Shown here piece by piece: positions 59,691-64,000 of a stretch of DNA of 64,000 bases (its first letter is position 1; each line of letters starts with the position of its first letter). Position numbers and translations under genes: made by a program. Source of the DNA: Setoptus koraiensis (taxonomy: Eukaryota; Animalia; Arthropoda); the NCBI GenBank assembly GCA_048013815.1, contig CM106586.1, positions 3,224,001 to 3,288,000 on the forward strand. Direction: 5' to 3'. A model generated the notes under the pieces. The model was not told the origin of the DNA. It saw only the letters and a program-made list of their open reading frames with translations, and searched no databases.

Positions 59691-61046
59691 TTATATTAGA
59701 GTGACAACATATAGTTTGTTAACCTCATCGTATGACTCTACGAGAATGTTAAATAGCTCTTCGTCCTGCAATGCCTTATCTAACAAATCACTAGGACTCT
59801 TATGGCTGAATTTACATTTTATAGCGATAGCTGGTGTGTCTGTCAGCATGAGGCCTTTGGCAGAAATATCTCGCAAATTGTTCTTGGGCAAAATCTCCGT
59901 GCTGCCGAAGTCGATGTAATATACCTTACATTCTTCATCGTTGAGCACACTAACTACCATAGCTCTGTACCAGTTGCCATCGTCACAAGATAGGGCCATA
60001 TGTGTAGTACCAATGTCGATGTTGCGAGAGACTCCACTGGTCTCTATCTCGGTAACTATGTTGGTGACAATATCCAGTATATCTTTGAGCTTGTCGTTGT
60101 CATATGGTATGTAAACGACAAGTCTGTCGTTAGACTGCTCATCCGGTGACAACATACAAGTGGTGTAGCTTCTTCCTGGTACAACTAAACCTCTAGGTAA
60201 AGAGGCGAAAGGATCGATATTCTTAATGAGTTTTCTTATGGCTGTGTTAGGTTGTCTGATATTAGACAAGTTGACGTCCTGCCTAGTTTGCGGAATGTTA
60301 TCCTGCAACCCGTTAGATTCGACGATTTGCTTGGGTTGAGCAGACACATGTCTAACCACTATAGACGAATTCAATTGTTCAGCGGCTGCTCTTGGACTGC
60401 AATGGACATTATTAGCGTTAGTAGTTGTCAACTTTCTAGAGATATTTGGAGTTGACGATTTGTCCTGAATGGTCATGTTTTGGAGATCCAATTGGTTGAT
60501 TCCATTGTTGCTTGAATTGCCAGAATGGTTGCTTGAGACGCCCTTGGTACATTTAAGTTTGTGTTTTTCCCAATCAGCTTTTTGGCACCCGTCGCTGCAG
60601 TAGAGATCGCAAGCATCACTGTTGGTACAACTGGATCCCGAGCACACGTAGGCCAATTTTTTGTTACACGTGACACAGTGAATGGCCCTCAGAGGGGGTA
60701 TTTTATCCTCATAGTGTGGATTAACAATGGTGAGTTTACTTGTGATTACATGTATGTGCTTGGTTGAGCCAGGTTTGCCTCTGGGACAAAATTGGCAGTC
60801 TGATTCCTCTGATCTGAGAAATTGTGAGGCCAATTCGAGATTTTCTACCACTGAAGTAAGTTCTTCTAATGTCTTAAAATTAAACTTACGTGAAGAATCA
60901 ATCGTACGGTTGTCAACAATGATTGAGGATGATGAGTTGTTCATCATGGTCTTCGTTTTATCCTCTTCGCTTGAGTGCTTTTGTTCGTAAGTGTTGAACT
61001 CTCGGGTACCGTCCGGTCGTCTAGTTACTCTTATACCAGTTGGCAT
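59691..61046 (-). CDS. MYND zinc finger + single extended Tudor domain protein (TDRD1-like), intronless CDS; 5'UTR intron 61081..61198
   Basis: CVTC..CSGSSC..LYCSDGCQKADWEKHKLKC (MYND); DDGNWYRAMV..KVYYIDFGSTE..TPAIAIKCKF (Tudor). Confidence 0.85.
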   Translation of the reverse strand: MPTGIRVTRRPDGTREFNTYEQKHSSEEDKTKTMMNNSSSSIIVDNRTIDSSRKFNFKTLEELTSVVENLELASQFLRSEESDCQFCPRGKPGSTKHIHVITSKLTIVNPHYEDKIPPLRAIHCVTCNKKLAYVCSGSSCTNSDACDLYCSDGCQKADWEKHKLKCTKGVSSNHSGNSSNNGINQLDLQNMTIQDKSSTPNISRKLTTTNANNVHCSPRAAAEQLNSSIVVRHVSAQPKQIVESNGLQDNIPQTRQDVNLSNIRQPNTAIRKLIKNIDPFASLPRGLVVPGRSYTTCMLSPDEQSNDRLVVYIPYDNDKLKDILDIVTNIVTEIETSGVSRNIDIGTTHMALSCDDGNWYRAMVVSVLNDEECKVYYIDFGSTEILPKNNLRDISAKGLMLTDTPAIAIKCKFSHKSPSDLLDKALQDEELFNILVESYDEVNKLYVVTLI

Positions 61047-62345
61047 TATTTCGTTCAGGTATAGTGATCGCTACTATGGCCTGTTGTTGATTAGCAAGAA
61101 TATTTAACGTATATGGCAACGTATATGAAGATGTTAACAAATATAAATTATTATGTGACGTTATTATTTGAAGATATTGAGAGTTGAAAGGCGCTTACTG
61201 TGTAAAGACAAATGTATGAGTGAGAGAGAGGCAGTTCCCGGGATTATATTAAAATTGAGTCGGTTGAACGTGTGTGTGTGTGTGGCGCCCTCAATCTCAA
61301 GCTAGCGTTGTGAACATTTAAGAGTGAAATTCACAATAGAAATGCCTGTTGCACGTGTGGGCAAGAAGCAACCTGCGCAGAAATTGTTGAAAAATGTAAC
61401 TAATGAATTATCTAATTAGTTGGCCAGGCGCATGTTCATCGCGCATAGCAACAATTCAAAATGGTCTTGCTGCTTACAAGTGGTGGTGGGGGGAAAAATT
61501 CAGTCCCATGGCAGCATGGGTAGACGTGTCCCACGGCAGGCCGAAAATAGATAACTGACCTATTCTAACGATCAAACGTTCGTTTGAGCTTGACAATATT
61601 AATATGCCACCTCGAACTTTGGCTCTGCTGGTGTGATGATACAAACTTTCGTGACCATCAAGTATGGTCAACCTCACAGCAGTGTTATGTGCCCGCTGGG
61701 ATTGGTCAGTTTTTCATTTGCACCCTGTGCCTCTCACTCTGTCACGGCCGGCATGGAATTTGCGCCCCCTTCCATCAACAGCGAGCGGCAAGACCATTTT
61801 GAAATTGTTGCTATGCCTGATAAACACACGCTTGGCTCGTTGTGAATGTATTCATTGTTGCTGCGCAGGACATGTCTTGTCCACGTGTGCAACAGGCATT
61901 TCTATTGTGAATTTCACTCTTAAATGTTCACAACTCTAGCTTGAGATTGAGGGCGTCACACACACACACGTTCAACCTACTCAATTTTTATATTATATAA
62001 TCCCGGGAACTGCCTCTCTCTCACTCATACATTTGTCTTTACACAGTAAGCGCCTTTCAACTCTCAATATCTTCAAATGATAACGTCAATTAATAACGTC
62101 AAATAATGATTTATATATTTGACGTTATTAATTGACGTTATTATTTGATTTGTTAACATCTCCATATACGTTGCCGCTGTTAAATATTCTTGCTAATCAA
62201 CAACAGGCCATAGTAGCGACCACTATACCTGAACGAAATGCCTGCCGGTAAGAGGGTGACGATAGGATGCCTAAGACGATTGGATGCCCGTCGAGAGCTC
62301 AGCGATTACGAGCAAAAGATCCCAGGCGACGAAGAGAAAAGGATC
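60955..62345. repeat. ~1.4-kb degenerate inverted duplication (palindrome centred near 61630)
   Basis: 61047..61380 is the near-identical reverse complement of 61861..62237 (promoter, UTR, intron); weaker matches inside (61444..61475 vs ~61783..61815) and into both coding starts. Confidence 0.93.
62080..62141. repeat. Perfect 26-bp inverted repeat with 10-nt loop inside the 5'UTR intron 62046..62206
   Basis: ataacgtcaattaataacgtcaaata - atgatttata - tatttgacgttattaattgacgttat. Confidence 0.92.
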
Positions 62346-63068
62346 ATTGCCAAGACCGCCCTGTTGGGCATTTTCAAGCAACACGAACTGCTAACCTTAG
62401 AGATGTGCCTAAAAGAAGCTCTAGCGAGTGAACCTAGTCTCAAACAATTATACTGTACATTGGCCAACGAAGCCACTTTTGTCAAGCCTTCTCGGAAACA
62501 ACAATTTCTCACACGTACCAATGAAGACATACAAGAGGAAAAGAAGACACTCTTACAGATTGCCAACTTGAAATCTAAACTCACCACTTTGGATGCAAAA
62601 ATTGAGAAATTTTCTCTACTGAGAAACATAATTAGCGATCCACAACCTCGATTACTTGATCTCGAACTTTCACTAGATAATGAAATAATTCGTTCGAGGG
62701 GAATGAAGATGTTAATTAAATTGAATTGTGAAAGAATTAAGGACTCGTTCGATTATCTCGATGATGTACTCGAACCCAACCAACTTGTCGCACTTGTCAC
62801 CGTGGATTTGCAGAAATCGTCGGGCTATGACAGATTTATCAAAGATTTAGCTCTTTCAAAATCTACCCCTGATATTACAGTTATTAATGATGCCATTCAT
62901 CTTGAAGTAGAAAGACTGCTCCGCCCATTGAGTGTGCTGGTAAGAAAAATGGCCTGGATGTATAAATTTTACACTGAAATTCTACCAAAAGAGATGGAAT
63001 ACAGGCGCAAATTCCATTCAATTCTTGACGACGGAACGATATCAATAAAATTGACGACTACACGATAG
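62238..63068 (+). CDS. 276-aa orphan helical/coiled-coil protein sharing its N-terminus with the Tudor gene
   Basis: Open frame preceded by the duplicated promoter and UTR; MPAGKRVT....RRLDARRELSDYEQK aligns with MPTGIRVTRRPDGTREFNTYEQK. Confidence 0.75.
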   Translation: MPAGKRVTIGCLRRLDARRELSDYEQKIPGDEEKRIIAKTALLGIFKQHELLTLEMCLKEALASEPSLKQLYCTLANEATFVKPSRKQQFLTRTNEDIQEEKKTLLQIANLKSKLTTLDAKIEKFSLLRNIISDPQPRLLDLELSLDNEIIRSRGMKMLIKLNCERIKDSFDYLDDVLEPNQLVALVTVDLQKSSGYDRFIKDLALSKSTPDITVINDAIHLEVERLLRPLSVLVRKMAWMYKFYTEILPKEMEYRRKFHSILDDGTISIKLTTTR

Positions 63069-63257
63069 AGTGTCTTGATCGTCATATGTTCTTTGTTTAC
63101 AATTGCAAATCGATAAGCACATGCACTCACAACGCTGCAAGCACCGCCCCTCTAACGATTTTTTCACTCGCGTTCATGGATTTTCACTTGTATCTATCAT
63201 TGTTGCTACTTATTTTTGCCAAAAAACTGTCATTTTTCACCATCAAACGTCTGTTGT

Positions 63258-64000
63258 ATGTTCGAAATGCGATCATTCTTTTATGGGATCGTGATAACGT
63301 CCATTTTGTGGCTTCTGGCCCTATTTCTTATATTCCCAGTTGATTTTTGGACACGAACAAGCCACGAAGAATTTATTCACGATGGCACTAATCACAACAG
63401 AAGACTATCTAGGCGTCACCAGAAAGTGCAACATCATCGGAGTAACGCCGAATCTAGTCTAATTGAGTTCAGTTCAAAACATGAAATCTCGACCAGCATA
63501 GACAGCCTTCAGTCCGAGCTGATTCACATTGATTGGTTTTATCAATTCAATGTAAACGCGCCTAACACAACGGACAATCATCCTAAACTGGAACGTTTTA
63601 TATCTAAGGATGACCACGAAACCTCAACACAACGTTTGAGTATTATAAGGACCATATTAGACCAAAAGTTCAAATTGGCAGGATATAAGAGATTTGCATT
63701 TAATTTACTCATCTCAAATAGATTGGGTCTATTTCGTCCATTGCCTGATACTAGAAACGAACTATGTAAAAATGTTGAATATTTTGATGATCATTTATTA
63801 CCCACAGCATCTATTATCATATGCTATTACAATGAGGCACCTAGTGCCTTGATGCGAACCGTCTATACCATACTAGAACGGAGCCGTGGATTACCGTTGT
63901 TGGAGATAATTCTTGTCGATGACTTCAGTGATGACGAATTTACACGATACAACATGTCGGATTATGTCAAGTCTCCCCTTATAAGAATGTTGCGAACTCC
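63258..64000 (+). CDS. GALNT11: Polypeptide N-acetylgalactosaminyltransferase 11 (pgant35A)-like, truncated by the window end
   Basis: Type II TM MRSFFYGIVITSILWLLALFLIF; GYKRFAFNLLISNRLG..PDTR..C..LPTASIIICYYNE..LMRTV..EIILVDDFSD; frame open from ATG 63258 to the edge. Confidence 0.87.
   Translation, partial: MFEMRSFFYGIVITSILWLLALFLIFPVDFWTRTSHEEFIHDGTNHNRRLSRRHQKVQHHRSNAESSLIEFSSKHEISTSIDSLQSELIHIDWFYQFNVNAPNTTDNHPKLERFISKDDHETSTQRLSIIRTILDQKFKLAGYKRFAFNLLISNRLGLFRPLPDTRNELCKNVEYFDDHLLPTASIIICYYNEAPSALMRTVYTILERSRGLPLLEIILVDDFSDDEFTRYNMSDYVKSPLIRMLRT

Noticed and set aside
59691-61046. Functional link between the Tudor gene and the UPF1-like array as one piRNA cluster
   Set aside because: About 30 kb apart and separated by housekeeping genes; proximity in a eukaryote is not evidence of a shared pathway.
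1-64000. CRISPR arrays, rRNA genes, prokaryotic operons
   Set aside because: None seen; spliceosomal introns and gene content show the window is eukaryotic.

Overview
Gene-dense, intron-poor eukaryotic DNA from a compact arthropod genome. An acariform mite is my inference from the spectraplakin, Lar and GALNT11-type proteins, the 70-200 nt introns and the (CA)n/(TG)n microsatellites; no taxon can be proven from the sequence alone. Order along the window: GABPB-like ankyrin gene (-, runs off the left edge); intronless topoisomerase II (+); FRRS1-like DOMON/cytochrome b561 gene (+); MOSPD1 (-); a 280-bp hAT-type MITE; a Lar Ig1-Ig2 fragment with a TAG at the core Trp; a tandem array of three intronless UPF1-derived helicases lacking the CH and SQ domains; a ~20-kb shot/spectraplakin locus that has lost most of its plakin and rod regions and has a triplicated 978-bp block; MTHFS (-); CEP120 (-); an 818-aa orphan (+); a MYND+Tudor gene (-) and an orphan gene (+) arranged head-to-head across a ~1.4-kb degenerate palindrome; and a GALNT11/pgant35A-like gene running off the right edge. 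No CRISPR, rRNA or convincing tRNA genes were seen. The strongest candidates for something undescribed are the stripped-down UPF1 paralog array, the palindromic gene pair and the mini-Shot. All family assignments come from motif recognition by eye, not database searches, and all splice sites are inferred.
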